From Candidatus Bathyarchaeota archaeon (GTDB lineage Archaea; Thermoproteota; Bathyarchaeia; Bathyarchaeales; Bathycorpusculaceae): 64,000 nt of DNA. This document shows positions 40,793 to 50,580 of this stretch, piece by piece (position 1 is the stretch's first letter; every line of letters starts with the position of its first letter). The notes beneath the pieces were generated by a model. That model did not search any database. It had not been told where the DNA came from and saw nothing but the letters and a program-made list of their open reading frames with translations. The translations under genes were made by a program, and so were the position numbers. The stretch spans positions 384,001 to 448,000 of the forward strand of contig CAVYES010000006.1 in NCBI GenBank assembly GCA_963767735.1, given 5' to 3'.

Positions 40793-41184
40793 GAGTGAGT
40801 GACCCAAACAAAAAAATGACTTTACGACCCCACCCAAGAATCCCCTTTTCTTCGAGAAAACAAACCCCTCCTTTTTTTAAAAAATATCAATCTTGACCTC
40901 ATGTATCAGATTTCGTTAATTTTTGTTTTTAAAGAAGCCTATATTGTTTAGATAATACTTTGTGGCAAGTGGCGCTTATAGCGGAAATCAAGGGCAGAAA
41001 GACTACAAAAGAGGAATCATAGCGGAGAGAAAAGTTAAGGCTCAGAAGCGGGCAGAGGAGCTTAGGAGATTAATGGATGTCACCTATATGAAAGGGTAGA
41101 GGACGTCAAATCGACGAGACAAGAGATGTAAAACAAAAACTACGAATTATCGATTTTGGGTAATAACTCGTGCAGACTAAATTT

Positions 41185-41550
41185 TTATTCTTGACACTTT
41201 TGGCTTCTTTTAGGAGTTAAGTCAACAGCGTAAGATAGGATCTTTTTCATCATAAACCGTTCCTTGACCTGGTCAAACTCTTCAGGAGTGTAAGCTAACA
41301 CTTGCAAATGTTCACTATAGGGCCACATATCGAGGAGTCTTCCGCTTCTTTCGAGTTCTGGAACGCCTTTGAAGTCTTTGGAAATCACAATCAAGTCGAC
41401 ATCGCTTTCAGCCTTACGGGTACCTTTCGCAGTGGACCCAAAAAGCAAAACTTTTTTGAACGAAAAAGAGGTTTCTGCAGTGCGAAGAAACTTCTTAAGC
41501 CGCTGCATTATTGACCGCTTATCATTCAAGATTAAAGCTTTTGTCGTCAT
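41185..41550 (-). CDS. MNT nucleotidyltransferase
   Basis: LFGSTAKG...SDVDLIVIS...YTPEEF. Confidence 0.9.
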   Translation of the reverse strand: MTTKALILNDKRSIMQRLKKFLRTAETSFSFKKVLLFGSTAKGTRKAESDVDLIVISKDFKGVPELERSGRLLDMWPYSEHLQVLAYTPEEFDQVKERFMMKKILSYAVDLTPKRSQKCQE

Positions 41551-42032
41551 TTCTCCAACGCCTTAATTCTCTCAACAATTTTTTCTACAATTGGCAAAGC
41601 TTTCTCAAAGTATTCATCAACGATTTCCTTAGTATATATTTCGCTGGGAAATTGTAGACTGACATCAAGATACCGTGTTCCAAAAGCAGCATCGGTTAGT
41701 CTTTTGAGAAATCGTATCTCTGTTTCAGAGAGATCCAAGTTGTTAGCAACTTTGGAATACAGAGATTCTAACGCGTGACTTTTTGGTGGCTCTTGGCAAT
41801 TGAAAGCTGCGATTGCTGCCTTAAGCGCTTTTTCAACTGCAAGATGAATATACAACGCCGCAACATCGTAAAATCCAGCTTCCTTTAGCGCTTTGGCTTT
41901 GTTCAAAGTATAGTCGAAGTCTTTAAGCCACATGTACAAGCTCTCTCGAATAGAAATAAGCGGCTGCTGTTTAGTTGCTGACCCGTTATCGGATGAAGTT
42001 TTTGCTCTCTTTAATTTCTTTGAGTTCGTCAT
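41547..42032 (-). CDS. HEPN domain protein (MNT partner)
   Basis: AVEKALKA...PPKSHAL...TRY pattern. Confidence 0.85.
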   Translation of the reverse strand: MTNSKKLKRAKTSSDNGSATKQQPLISIRESLYMWLKDFDYTLNKAKALKEAGFYDVAALYIHLAVEKALKAAIAAFNCQEPPKSHALESLYSKVANNLDLSETEIRFLKRLTDAAFGTRYLDVSLQFPSEIYTKEIVDEYFEKALPIVEKIVERIKALEK

Positions 42033-42170
42033 CGGCTTTCGCGAAACAGACTATCGTCTTTCTGCTATTTGGGTTTTTTCTAAATTTAAATCAATCAAAT
42101 GAAGTTAACGCACCCTGTTGATAAAATGGCTTAGCCCAGCATTTTTGAGGAATTTGTGCTTAAAAATTAG

Positions 42171-42247
42171 TGGAGCCTCGAGCGGGCTTTGATCCCGCGG
42201 CCTGCTGCTTACGAGGCAGCCGCTCTACCAGGCTGAGCCATCGGGGC
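42171..42247 (-). tRNA. tRNA-Thr(CGT)
   Basis: GCCCCGATGGCTCAGCCTGGTAGAGCGGCTGCCTCGTAAGCAGCAGGCCGCGGGATCAAAGCCCGCTCGAGGCTCCA; U73 discriminator, encoded CCA. Confidence 0.9.
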
Positions 42248-42552
42248 ATCCAATTGCTAATCAGTGAAAGCCAAGTTTTTAAATGTTAAGCCAACAAATC
42301 TGTTCGCAATTCTACATGCAATTTCACCAATTCTACCCGCAAAGCGTGCACCTCAATTCTATTCAGTTTTAGTTAAATAATTGCATAAGGCGGAAACGGA
42401 TTTGAATAATTGAAGTTTGTAGAGTTGACTGCTAAAGAAGGAAAATGAAATACCAATGTTAACTGCTTTTTTAACATGCAAAATTGGAAAAAATTATTGA
42501 TGGTGCTAACAAATGGAAAATAATGGGAAGTTAATTTGTATGAGTTGTATGC

Positions 42553-42705
42553 TTATTTTTTCTCGTGGCTTCTAAGTTTTTCAAGTTTCTTTTCTCTATA
42601 CTGAAGCTCATCAGTCAGGGAACTTATTTCTTTCTTTATTCTGACGATCTGTCTTTCTTCGACTGTTGCGCCTTCGCTTGTGAGTATCATTTTCATCATA
42701 CTCAT
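42553..42705 (-). CDS. 50-aa coiled-coil microprotein (not in ORF track)
   Basis: GAGGGGTGA RBS then MSMMKMILTSEGATVEERQIVRIKKEISSLTDELQYREKKLEKLRSHEKK*. Confidence 0.55.
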   Translation of the reverse strand: MSMMKMILTSEGATVEERQIVRIKKEISSLTDELQYREKKLEKLRSHEKK

Positions 42706-43055
42706 TTTTTTCACCCCTCAAATTAGCTCTATTGGTTCTATTAAATCGCAAGCAATGCGACATTAATAAATGGTGCTCTTCTTCACCATCTTTAAACAAC
42801 TGTTCAACAAAACAGAATCAATTAATCCTGCTTAACTCAATAGCCATATGATTATTTTTAGCCAACAATATGTCGACCCTGAGCTTGCAATGGTCACGCT
42901 CTAAAGCTATAATGGGCGATGTTTAGACTTATTTTGTCGTTGGGCGCTCTAATTAAGCCCAATATTAACGGCTAAACAGCCATGTAAGCGTCAATTTTAA
43001 AAGGCTTAAACAACCTAAATGTCTTGAATGAGATTTTCAATAGAAGTGTGAACAT

Positions 43056-44084
43056 ATGGACAACGCCAAAAATGGGAGCACTAATTCGAATGCAGCAAGC
43101 AGGAATATAGGTGAGCGAAAAATAATCGAAATCATCGCCAACTATCTGGAAGCCATGCCCAATTCCCCCGTGCCTTTCGGAGACGACGTTTCCGCCGTTA
43201 ACATTGATCAAAAACAAGTTGCCGTATTGAAAACTGACATGCTTGTAGGAAAAACTGATGTACCCCCAAACATGAGCATGTGGCAAGCCGCACGCAAAGC
43301 ATTGGTCATGAACATCAGTGATTTTGCTTCTAAAGGCGTCCAGCCTACGGCGGCTCTTGTATCGCTTGGGTTACCCATAGGTCTTATGCAAAAAGACATC
43401 GAAGAAATCGCCCGTGGACTCAATTCGGGAGCACGTGAATACGGCGCATACGTTATCGGCGGCGACACAGGTGAAGCCTCAGACCTAATCATTTCCGTTT
43501 CCCTCTACGGCGCAGCCGACAAAACATCGCTGATGCTGCGTAGTGGAGCTAAGCCAGGCGACATCTTGGCGGTTACAGGCTTCTTCGGCAAATCCGCAGC
43601 TGGCTTACGCCTGCTGGTTGATAACTATTCAGCTTCAGCGGATCAGCGTAACGTGCTGTCAGGTGCAGTTTGCATGCCTAAAGCTAGGCTAAAGGAAGGC
43701 TTAGCGCTCAGCGGCTCAGGCGGAGTGTCGGCTTCGATTGATTCAAGTGACGGTTTAGCTTGGAGTCTTCATGAAATCGGGAAAATGAGCAACGTTGGCT
43801 TTTTGGTTCACAGTGTCCCCGTTGCTGATGAAGTTAGACGATTTGCCGAGTTTAACCACCTTGACCCTTTAGAACTGGCGCTCTACGGTGGAGAAGAATA
43901 CGAGCTTGTGGTAACGATTAAGCCTAAAGGATGGGTTGATGCTGAAGCCGCAGTTGAAGCAGTCGGAGGCCGCCTTCTGCCCATTGGAAAAGTCACAAAG
44001 GAGACCCAGATGCTCCTCGATCTTGACGGCGAGAAACGCGTTATTGAAGCAAGAGGCTGGGAGCATTTCAAGAGTAAGATTTAG
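43056..44084 (+). CDS. thiL: Thiamine-monophosphate kinase
   Basis: GERKII, FGDD, NISDFASKG, IGGDT, RSGAKPGD, IDSSDGL, GGEEYEL. Confidence 0.93.
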   Translation: MDNAKNGSTNSNAASRNIGERKIIEIIANYLEAMPNSPVPFGDDVSAVNIDQKQVAVLKTDMLVGKTDVPPNMSMWQAARKALVMNISDFASKGVQPTAALVSLGLPIGLMQKDIEEIARGLNSGAREYGAYVIGGDTGEASDLIISVSLYGAADKTSLMLRSGAKPGDILAVTGFFGKSAAGLRLLVDNYSASADQRNVLSGAVCMPKARLKEGLALSGSGGVSASIDSSDGLAWSLHEIGKMSNVGFLVHSVPVADEVRRFAEFNHLDPLELALYGGEEYELVVTIKPKGWVDAEAAVEAVGGRLLPIGKVTKETQMLLDLDGEKRVIEARGWEHFKSKI

Positions 44085-44646
44085 CTTGGCAATCCAGCAG
44101 GTAATTGATTATCGTTATGCATGAAGCGGCTAAGTAGGGTTGTTTGCCTAAACTGATTTTTTCGCCAAACCGTAGAGCGAAGGTTTCTGCTTTTTTGGGC
44201 AAACCCACATGGTCACCGAGCACAAAGACGGCGTTGTCGGCAAGTTCCGTTTCAGCGATGTTTTTTCCACCCTCCTCCAAAACGTACACACGGCGGTTTT
44301 CCGCTTGTTTTTTGAGTAGTGCTTCAAAACCCGTCTTGTCAACGCTGATGCCGGGGTGAGATTTGCCGCTGATGACTTTTCTTAGAATTTGCTGCCATGT
44401 ATCCACGTCCGTTCGCACGTCATAGAGGCTGCCGCCGTCGATCTGTACATGCAGGGGCGGAGTTGGCGGACCATTCAATACGGCGTGAAAAGTTACGTCT
44501 CTGCGTAAGCCATGCGAAAGAAAAAAGCTGGCAACCACGCATTCGTACACGATGTCTAATCTTCCCGCATCATGCAGGTTGCCAAACGCCCCGTTAGTTT
44601 TTCCCAAACGCGAAAACAAAATGAATTCTCTAGGCAAAGCAATCAC
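44068..44646 (-). CDS. trmY: tRNA (pseudouridine54-N1)-methyltransferase
   Basis: AGRLDI, SHGLRRD, HPGI, FVLGDHVGL SPOUT motifs. Confidence 0.88.
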   Translation of the reverse strand: MIALPREFILFSRLGKTNGAFGNLHDAGRLDIVYECVVASFFLSHGLRRDVTFHAVLNGPPTPPLHVQIDGGSLYDVRTDVDTWQQILRKVISGKSHPGISVDKTGFEALLKKQAENRRVYVLEEGGKNIAETELADNAVFVLGDHVGLPKKAETFALRFGEKISLGKQPYLAASCITIINYLLDCQAKSYS

Positions 44647-44710
44647 AGTTTACTGCTACGCGAACTTTCCTTAAAGCACTTTCCAACCAACCCAGCCGAC
44701 AAAAATTTTT

Positions 44711-45172
44711 TTACCTTACGATGTTGAATAGGACCAACAGGTTGTTTGCGACGACTATAGAGAGGAATAATATTATGCTAAGATAAGCGATTTTCAATGT
44801 TTGAAGCGCAATCCTAAACGATAAGGAGCATTTGTTGGGCGATTTCATGAGTGTTTTTTGCGCCAAAATAAAAATCAAACCCACAGAAACAGTTACTACT
44901 AATTTCACGAATACAAACGCAGGAAGATTTGAGCTAACTAAACCTGCTAAAACGGGGTTAAGCTCGCGTGTGCCATAATACAGGGTTCCGATAACCGTAG
45001 TTAAGCAATCCATCAACCCCAGAAAAATCAGAAACACACTCGGAACGGCTTGTGTACTTTCCAAAATGATTTTCTCCTTTCCTTCAAAAACAGTTTTTCC
45101 TGCCACGCCACTCATGCAAAGAACATTCTTACTTCTTAATTCTAGAACAATTTTTTGTAGGCTTTGACACAA
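44711..45172 (-). CDS. DUF5658-like membrane protein
   Basis: DCLTTVIG...ELNP...K...VVANNL; start uncertain. Confidence 0.75.
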   Translation of the reverse strand: MCQSLQKIVLELRSKNVLCMSGVAGKTVFEGKEKIILESTQAVPSVFLIFLGLMDCLTTVIGTLYYGTRELNPVLAGLVSSNLPAFVFVKLVVTVSVGLIFILAQKTLMKSPNKCSLSFRIALQTLKIAYLSIILFLSIVVANNLLVLFNIVR

Positions 45173-45606
45173 TTGACTATGGCTTTGTTGCCACCTATAA
45201 AATAGTAAAATGCATTTTTATACCTTTACTAGTCTGACTGAGGCACTAGTAGAGAACAGGTAGCTTGAACACTATCCAAGCTAAAGCTCAATTTCTCCAA
45301 AACCAACCTCTTCAGCTACTAGCAAGCAGACATTTTTTTCAAAACATCACAACCAAAAAGAAATCAACAAAACTCAAGAAAAAATATAAACAAATGGTCC
45401 TTTTACAGACGTTACTATCCATATTACGTAAGGCAAGTGTATCCTCGTTGAACAACTATTCAGAAGAATCCCGAATCGACAACATTTATTAGCCGCAAAG
45501 ACTCCCGACCTATGTATATGATGTCGCACGTAATAAGATACTCTTTTACGTGTGCCTTAAAAAATTGAAACGTGGGGGAAATTGAAAAACGAAAATCCGA
45601 ACTAAA

Positions 45607-46428
45607 TTGTTATTATCGTACCTTTTGATTGTTGCACTTTTTGTTGCGGCAGGAGCCACCATCACCTACAATACGCTACAGATGGCGGACCTTCAAAATA
45701 CAGCAAAAACCCAGCTTGAGATTAACAATAATGCTTATGCTTACCAGCAGGGCCTTGATCAAATCCAGTTCGGCACATTGATGTATGCTTCAGATAACAC
45801 GACGCAGGGCGAGACCATAATCGTAAATAGCGCGGACATTATGCAGCCCGCTCAAACCTACTTGGTTAGCGCGTTGGCGGATAACTCATCGCTTCTCAGC
45901 GAATTTAACCAGGTAGTCAATCTGGACCAGAACCAGATTAACACTGCCATAAGTCAAGTCTATAGCCTATCCATTGGCAACGAAAACAGTAGCCAAAAGT
46001 ACGTGGATATTTGGACTCAACTCAGTGTGCTTATGAACGGCGTTGCTCAAGCTGATGCTAAACTCGCTGATGTACGAACCACTACCTTAGCTAACGTCGA
46101 GAGCGCGAACACAGACGCCAAGAACTACGCTAACATGAGCCTAATAGTCGCCGTAGTGTTCTTGGCTTTGATCTCTGTAGTTTCAGCTGCTTTGGCAGTA
46201 ATTATGGGCAAACGTATTACAGGTCCACTCAAGAAATTGGCTGACATCGCGCATAAAGTTAGTGTAGGCGACCTCAACCAAAGATTTTATCTTAAACAGA
46301 AAATCGACATCAAGACAGGCGACGAAATCGACGAACTTGTAGATGCCTTCAGGAGAATGGTTAACGCATTCCGTATGACTGCAGCACTCAGCGGCGAAGA
46401 AGAGGCGCCCCAGGAGACGCAGCCATAA
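45607..46428 (+). CDS. Membrane sensor with HAMP domain and no transmitter domain
   Basis: TM - helical extracellular region - TM - ITGPLKKL...GDL...DEIDELVDAFRRMV; true start probably ~45589. Confidence 0.85.
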   Translation: MLLSYLLIVALFVAAGATITYNTLQMADLQNTAKTQLEINNNAYAYQQGLDQIQFGTLMYASDNTTQGETIIVNSADIMQPAQTYLVSALADNSSLLSEFNQVVNLDQNQINTAISQVYSLSIGNENSSQKYVDIWTQLSVLMNGVAQADAKLADVRTTTLANVESANTDAKNYANMSLIVAVVFLALISVVSAALAVIMGKRITGPLKKLADIAHKVSVGDLNQRFYLKQKIDIKTGDEIDELVDAFRRMVNAFRMTAALSGEEEAPQETQP

Positions 46429-46661
46429 TGACCGTTGAGCAAGATTTTCTGGCGGTGCTCGCCGAGGACCTGGGGCCAGCCGCTAAGATATTCTTACTCC
46501 GTCAATGCAGAAGTCACCTGAACAAAGAACCTTCAATGCTTGAAAAATCCGACATCGACAACTTAGCGAAATGGTGCCATATCGGAATTCAAACGGCTCT
46601 CGGCGCTCAGATCGCGGACAAGGTCCAAAAAGGCTTGCTGGCGTTAAAGCAGGAGCCTTAA
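46428..46661 (+). CDS. Small helical protein translationally coupled to the HAMP sensor
   Basis: TAATG overlap; LGPAAKIFLLRQC motif. Confidence 0.75.
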   Translation: MTVEQDFLAVLAEDLGPAAKIFLLRQCRSHLNKEPSMLEKSDIDNLAKWCHIGIQTALGAQIADKVQKGLLALKQEP

Positions 46662-46955
46662 AAAACACCTACTTTTTTCTTTTAAGTTTTGCCAAATACG
46701 CAATGCAAAGTTTTCCCTGATTGCAGGATTAGATTTTACAATGGATAGGCCATAGCATTGTAGCTGCATCTACCGGCATTCAACTGATGGGGAACGATTA
46801 AAAAAACTATCAAACTATAAAGTTGCTATCTTTCTGAATAACGGAAAATTAGTATTACCATAAGGAGGGGAAAACTTAGAGCGTTTAAACATTAAATAAA
46901 ATTTTGGCTAAGTTTTGTGTTAGCCAATTTTTGTTTTGTTGTTTGAGTTGGTTTA

Positions 46956-47390
46956 TTACGCTTGGGCCGTTAAGTCTCTCAGAATGCTTGATTGGTCGCA
47001 GCTTTTTTCCATGAATATGCTGATTTTGTTTTGTCCCTGTTCTGAACAGAGCACCTTGATGTTTTTGCCTTCGATTAATATGCTTTCTGTGTCGCCCGTT
47101 TTGAATGTTGCAGCCAGCGTCTTTGCAGACTCGAATGCTTCGGATGATAGCATAGCGTACTCTATGATTTTCGCGGAGTCGTCAATATCAACGGTGGCTT
47201 TGGAGTCACTTTTGAAGATGAAGCCAACTACACCTTTGCGTTTTCTGATTTCTTTGGCAGTCTCTAAAAGGTCTGCGTAATTTGGGTCTTCGTTTTCAGT
47301 TGGGCAGGTTGCTTCTTCATCTAATTGCGTTCCGATAACGATTGATTCTTCAACAGTTTCTGCGTCATTAATGATTCTTTTCTTACTCAT
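46956..47390 (-). CDS. Roadblock/LC7-like protein
   Basis: GVVGFIF...helix...SILIEGKNIKVL...KISIFMEK. Confidence 0.7.
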   Translation of the reverse strand: MSKKRIINDAETVEESIVIGTQLDEEATCPTENEDPNYADLLETAKEIRKRKGVVGFIFKSDSKATVDIDDSAKIIEYAMLSSEAFESAKTLAATFKTGDTESILIEGKNIKVLCSEQGQNKISIFMEKSCDQSSILRDLTAQA

Positions 47391-48595
47391 CGTTTACTCC
47401 TCTCTGATCCGCCCACTACTGGCTTGATAAGCACCAAGGCGCCTTTCTTAATTTGTAGCGCTTGTTGTAGCTTCTCTGGAATCTGGGTTATCCCTTTGCC
47501 TTCATGTTGCGAGTCTTTAATAGGTTGTAGCTTGCATTGAATTTTTTTGCCAAATGTTGTCTCTTCAACCGTAACTTCCTTGATTTGGTTCTCGCCGAAC
47601 ATTTCCTTCCAACTGGCTATGACGGCACTATCAACTCGCACGTAATCAGGATTGCCCAATAGTCCTCCTAAACCTCCAAGGGTTTCCACCATGACTTGAA
47701 GAACGGGTACTTGCCGAGTGTATTCGTCAAATCCTTTGAACAAGTCAGTTTTTTGTGCCTGGACGGGTTCGCCGCTGGTTTTTGTTTTTTCGACGGATTT
47801 GTCGGTTTTGTCTGTTTTTTCAATTTGGACTGTTTCTGTTTCTTCTTGGGTTTCGAAAACTGGTTTGATTAGGACTTTAGTGCCCTTATGGACATTTAGT
47901 TCGGTTTGTATTTTGTCGGAAAGCTTAACTATGCCTTTATTTTCGTATTTTTCGCCCTTTAATGGTTGAAACTTGCACTGAACGATTTTCCCGTGGGGTG
48001 CTTCTAAAGTTATTTTTCTGATGGGTTGGTCGCCGTATTTTTCTGCCCACTGCACAATTAATGCGACGTCGATGTAAGCGGTGTCGGGATCAATCATGAA
48101 TCCTCCTAAGACCGTGAGGTTTTCAACTGTGTACTCGTTTGCTTGAGCCTCTTGATCAATTATTTCCTGCTCGTAGGCTACCTGCTGAGTCTTCAACGTG
48201 ACTTCTTGAGGTTGGTTTTTGATTGACGGATAGATATTCTGAACTATCTTAAGTGTAGTTGGAATCATGACTCTGACTAGATTAGAGATTGTTTTTTCGT
48301 CAGCATCGTTTGAAGCAGAAGTCGTTACATAGAGACCGTCAAATTGGGTGATGTTAACTTTGGACTCTGAACCTGTGAAAATTACTGATTCGATTCCACC
48401 CACTGCCAAGGCCCTGTCGGCAAGAGCGCGAAAGGCTTCTTGAGCACTGGTCATTGCAACTTCTGTTGTGTTCTCATCCCCGGCTAGAATTTCGCCGGTT
48501 TCTCTAAAAACAAGGATGTTTGAGATGTCTGGGCAGACGTTCTTGATTTCGTTGATGGTATTTTTTAGGGCGAGGTTGCAGGCTTCAGTGCTCAT
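47387..48595 (-). CDS. Roadblock-like N-domain plus two repeated beta domains
   Basis: N-terminal roadblock-like region; duplicated VE.L...D...W.E..G...I..V....GK..QCK.QP....EGKGI....KIQ..L....G..VLIKPV. Confidence 0.7.
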   Translation of the reverse strand: MSTEACNLALKNTINEIKNVCPDISNILVFRETGEILAGDENTTEVAMTSAQEAFRALADRALAVGGIESVIFTGSESKVNITQFDGLYVTTSASNDADEKTISNLVRVMIPTTLKIVQNIYPSIKNQPQEVTLKTQQVAYEQEIIDQEAQANEYTVENLTVLGGFMIDPDTAYIDVALIVQWAEKYGDQPIRKITLEAPHGKIVQCKFQPLKGEKYENKGIVKLSDKIQTELNVHKGTKVLIKPVFETQEETETVQIEKTDKTDKSVEKTKTSGEPVQAQKTDLFKGFDEYTRQVPVLQVMVETLGGLGGLLGNPDYVRVDSAVIASWKEMFGENQIKEVTVEETTFGKKIQCKLQPIKDSQHEGKGITQIPEKLQQALQIKKGALVLIKPVVGGSERSKR

Positions 48596-48621
48596 TTCGA
48601 GAATGCTCCTTTAGAGGGCAG

Positions 48622-49050
48622 TTAGGATATTTTGAACAAGATTCGCTGCGGGATGCCCTCGTCTTCCAGCACTAGGTACTTGAGGCCTTCGGTGTCGCCA
48701 AGTTGGTCTAGCCATTTTAATGCGTCGCGCACTTTCTGCAAAACCAAAAGCCGCTCTTGGTGGCTCCGCACGACTGCTTCTATGGCTGTTAACTCGTGGA
48801 ACGCATTAGCATCTAAGATGATGTTGAGTGTACCAACGGTTATTTCGCCCGGGCTATCTGTTGCACTGGTTTTTTTCCCTGCGAGCTTCATTATGACTTC
48901 GCGGACTTTTTTGGATTTTTCCGCCAAAGTTCGAATTTCATCCAAGCGACGCAGATACTCACCCAGCAAACTTTTGGTTTCAGATAAATCCTTATCTAAG
49001 GCGTCAGCTATCGACTGAGCCGAATTATATTCTTTTAATTGTGTTACCAT
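48622..49050 (-). CDS. Coiled-coil hypothetical protein
   Basis: Heptad-rich 142-aa ORF in operon with the roadblock genes. Confidence 0.7.
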   Translation of the reverse strand: MVTQLKEYNSAQSIADALDKDLSETKSLLGEYLRRLDEIRTLAEKSKKVREVIMKLAGKKTSATDSPGEITVGTLNIILDANAFHELTAIEAVVRSHQERLLVLQKVRDALKWLDQLGDTEGLKYLVLEDEGIPQRILFKIS

Positions 49051-49152
49051 GATTTTACACCTTCACTATTAGAGAAAATAAGAAAAAGGAAAGATTGTTG
49101 TTTCATTTTTCGCCTTACCCCCGAAATTCAAAGTTAGATTGTGAAATTGAGT

Positions 49153-49680
49153 TTAAGATCCGCTGTATGTTGCTGAGCTGGAAATTGTGTTGCCTTTTGC
49201 GGTCATCAGTTTTATTGTGTATTGTGCACTGTTACTGAATTGCTCTTGAGTTATAGTCATAGTAATAACTACTGAGGTGCCTTTAGCAATTGTTACTTGT
49301 CCATTTGCTGCGATAACTGAAGGAGTGGTCGTTCCACTTGTAAATGCTGAGACTACGGTCGCGGTGTATCCATCTATAGTTGCTGAAGATATTGACACTG
49401 TAGCGGAACCTGTGTTTTGAACAGTAACGACAGCTTGAGCGGTTAAGAATACTGGCGGCGAAGCGGTGCTCCAATTGTTAGTTAATACAATGTTTGTTAC
49501 TGATGCTTGTTCTGCACTTCCCATGAATCCAAGGGTTAATCCTCCCATCCATGCGGCTACGACAACGCTGACTGCGACTGTGACTGCGATAAGTATGATC
49601 GTTGCGATTACGGGGCTTAGGGCTTTGGCGTTCTTTGCAAACTTTCTTAATTTTCTAAAGTTCAATTTTTTTCTCTCCAT
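49153..49680 (-). CDS. Archaeal type IV pilin
   Basis: Class III signal peptide KA/LSPVIATIILIAVTVAVSVVV. Confidence 0.9.
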   Translation of the reverse strand: MERKKLNFRKLRKFAKNAKALSPVIATIILIAVTVAVSVVVAAWMGGLTLGFMGSAEQASVTNIVLTNNWSTASPPVFLTAQAVVTVQNTGSATVSISSATIDGYTATVVSAFTSGTTTPSVIAANGQVTIAKGTSVVITMTITQEQFSNSAQYTIKLMTAKGNTISSSATYSGS

Positions 49681-49876
49681 TTTGTTTTGCTGAATCTATT
49701 TCTCGCTTTTCCCCTAATAAATATTATGACTTAATAAACCATATTACATATTCGTTCAACACGCATACAACAAGAAATAACCCTAATGTTATTCAGCAAC
49801 TAAGATAGAATTTGTCCAATTCAAAATTGGGATTAAAAGATAAAGAATTGAAAAATAAAAAACTGTTGAAAAGTGG

Positions 49877-50218
49877 TTATGCTTCGAGCTCGTCGAAGAG
49901 GTCGAGAAGGAGCTTGGCTATTTTTTCGCCGCTTTCGGTTTTGAGGTATAATTTCTTGAGTGGGTCAATCCGTTCGCTCTTCGCTAGTCCTAATGATTCG
50001 ATCTCGATCATTCGGGCTCTGAAAGTGCCGTCGCTTAATGTGAGTTTGTTTTTGTGCATGAAATCTTTTGCTTCTTTCCATTTGCCGCGGCCTGCATAGA
50101 GTAGTAGCAGGCAGTCAATCGCGTGGTCCTTCTCAAGCATTGCTTTGATTGCGGATAGCTTCGGGTCTGTGAGCACATGCTTGATTTTCTCGTCGTTATT
50201 CTTTGCCATTTTATTCAC
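49877..50218 (-). CDS. Winged-helix DNA-binding protein
   Basis: LSDGTFRARMIEIESLGL...YLKTESGEKIA. Confidence 0.75.
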   Translation of the reverse strand: MNKMAKNNDEKIKHVLTDPKLSAIKAMLEKDHAIDCLLLLYAGRGKWKEAKDFMHKNKLTLSDGTFRARMIEIESLGLAKSERIDPLKKLYLKTESGEKIAKLLLDLFDELEA

Positions 50219-50580
50219 CTTTGTTTCTTGTTATCAAAATTGGCGTCTTGTGCTTTTAAATCATATTGCGAATTACGTAACATATCTGCAGACGCCTATC
50301 TCCCGAAACCAATTATTCACAACTTCCTTATAAATAATACCGAGCGAGCTACAAAAGGCATGGAAAAATAAACGATATGCCTCAAAAATGGTGTTAAAAT
50401 CGACAAAGCTATAAAATTTTTAAAACTAAATGGCTCATGCAAAATAAAACTCAGGCGGGTTTTCTGGTTAAGGCGCGCCTAAAAAACCCGAGGGTTGCTG
50501 TTTGGCGAAAACAAAAGACTTAACAAACCTAAACTTAACTAATAAAATAGCAAATAACCATCATCTTAAGAGGCAAAAAA

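Noticed and set aside
40962-41099. 45-aa ORF with YKRGIIAERKV resembling the N-terminus of Hjc-type nucleases
   Set aside because: Too short and lacks the catalytic core; at most a remnant.
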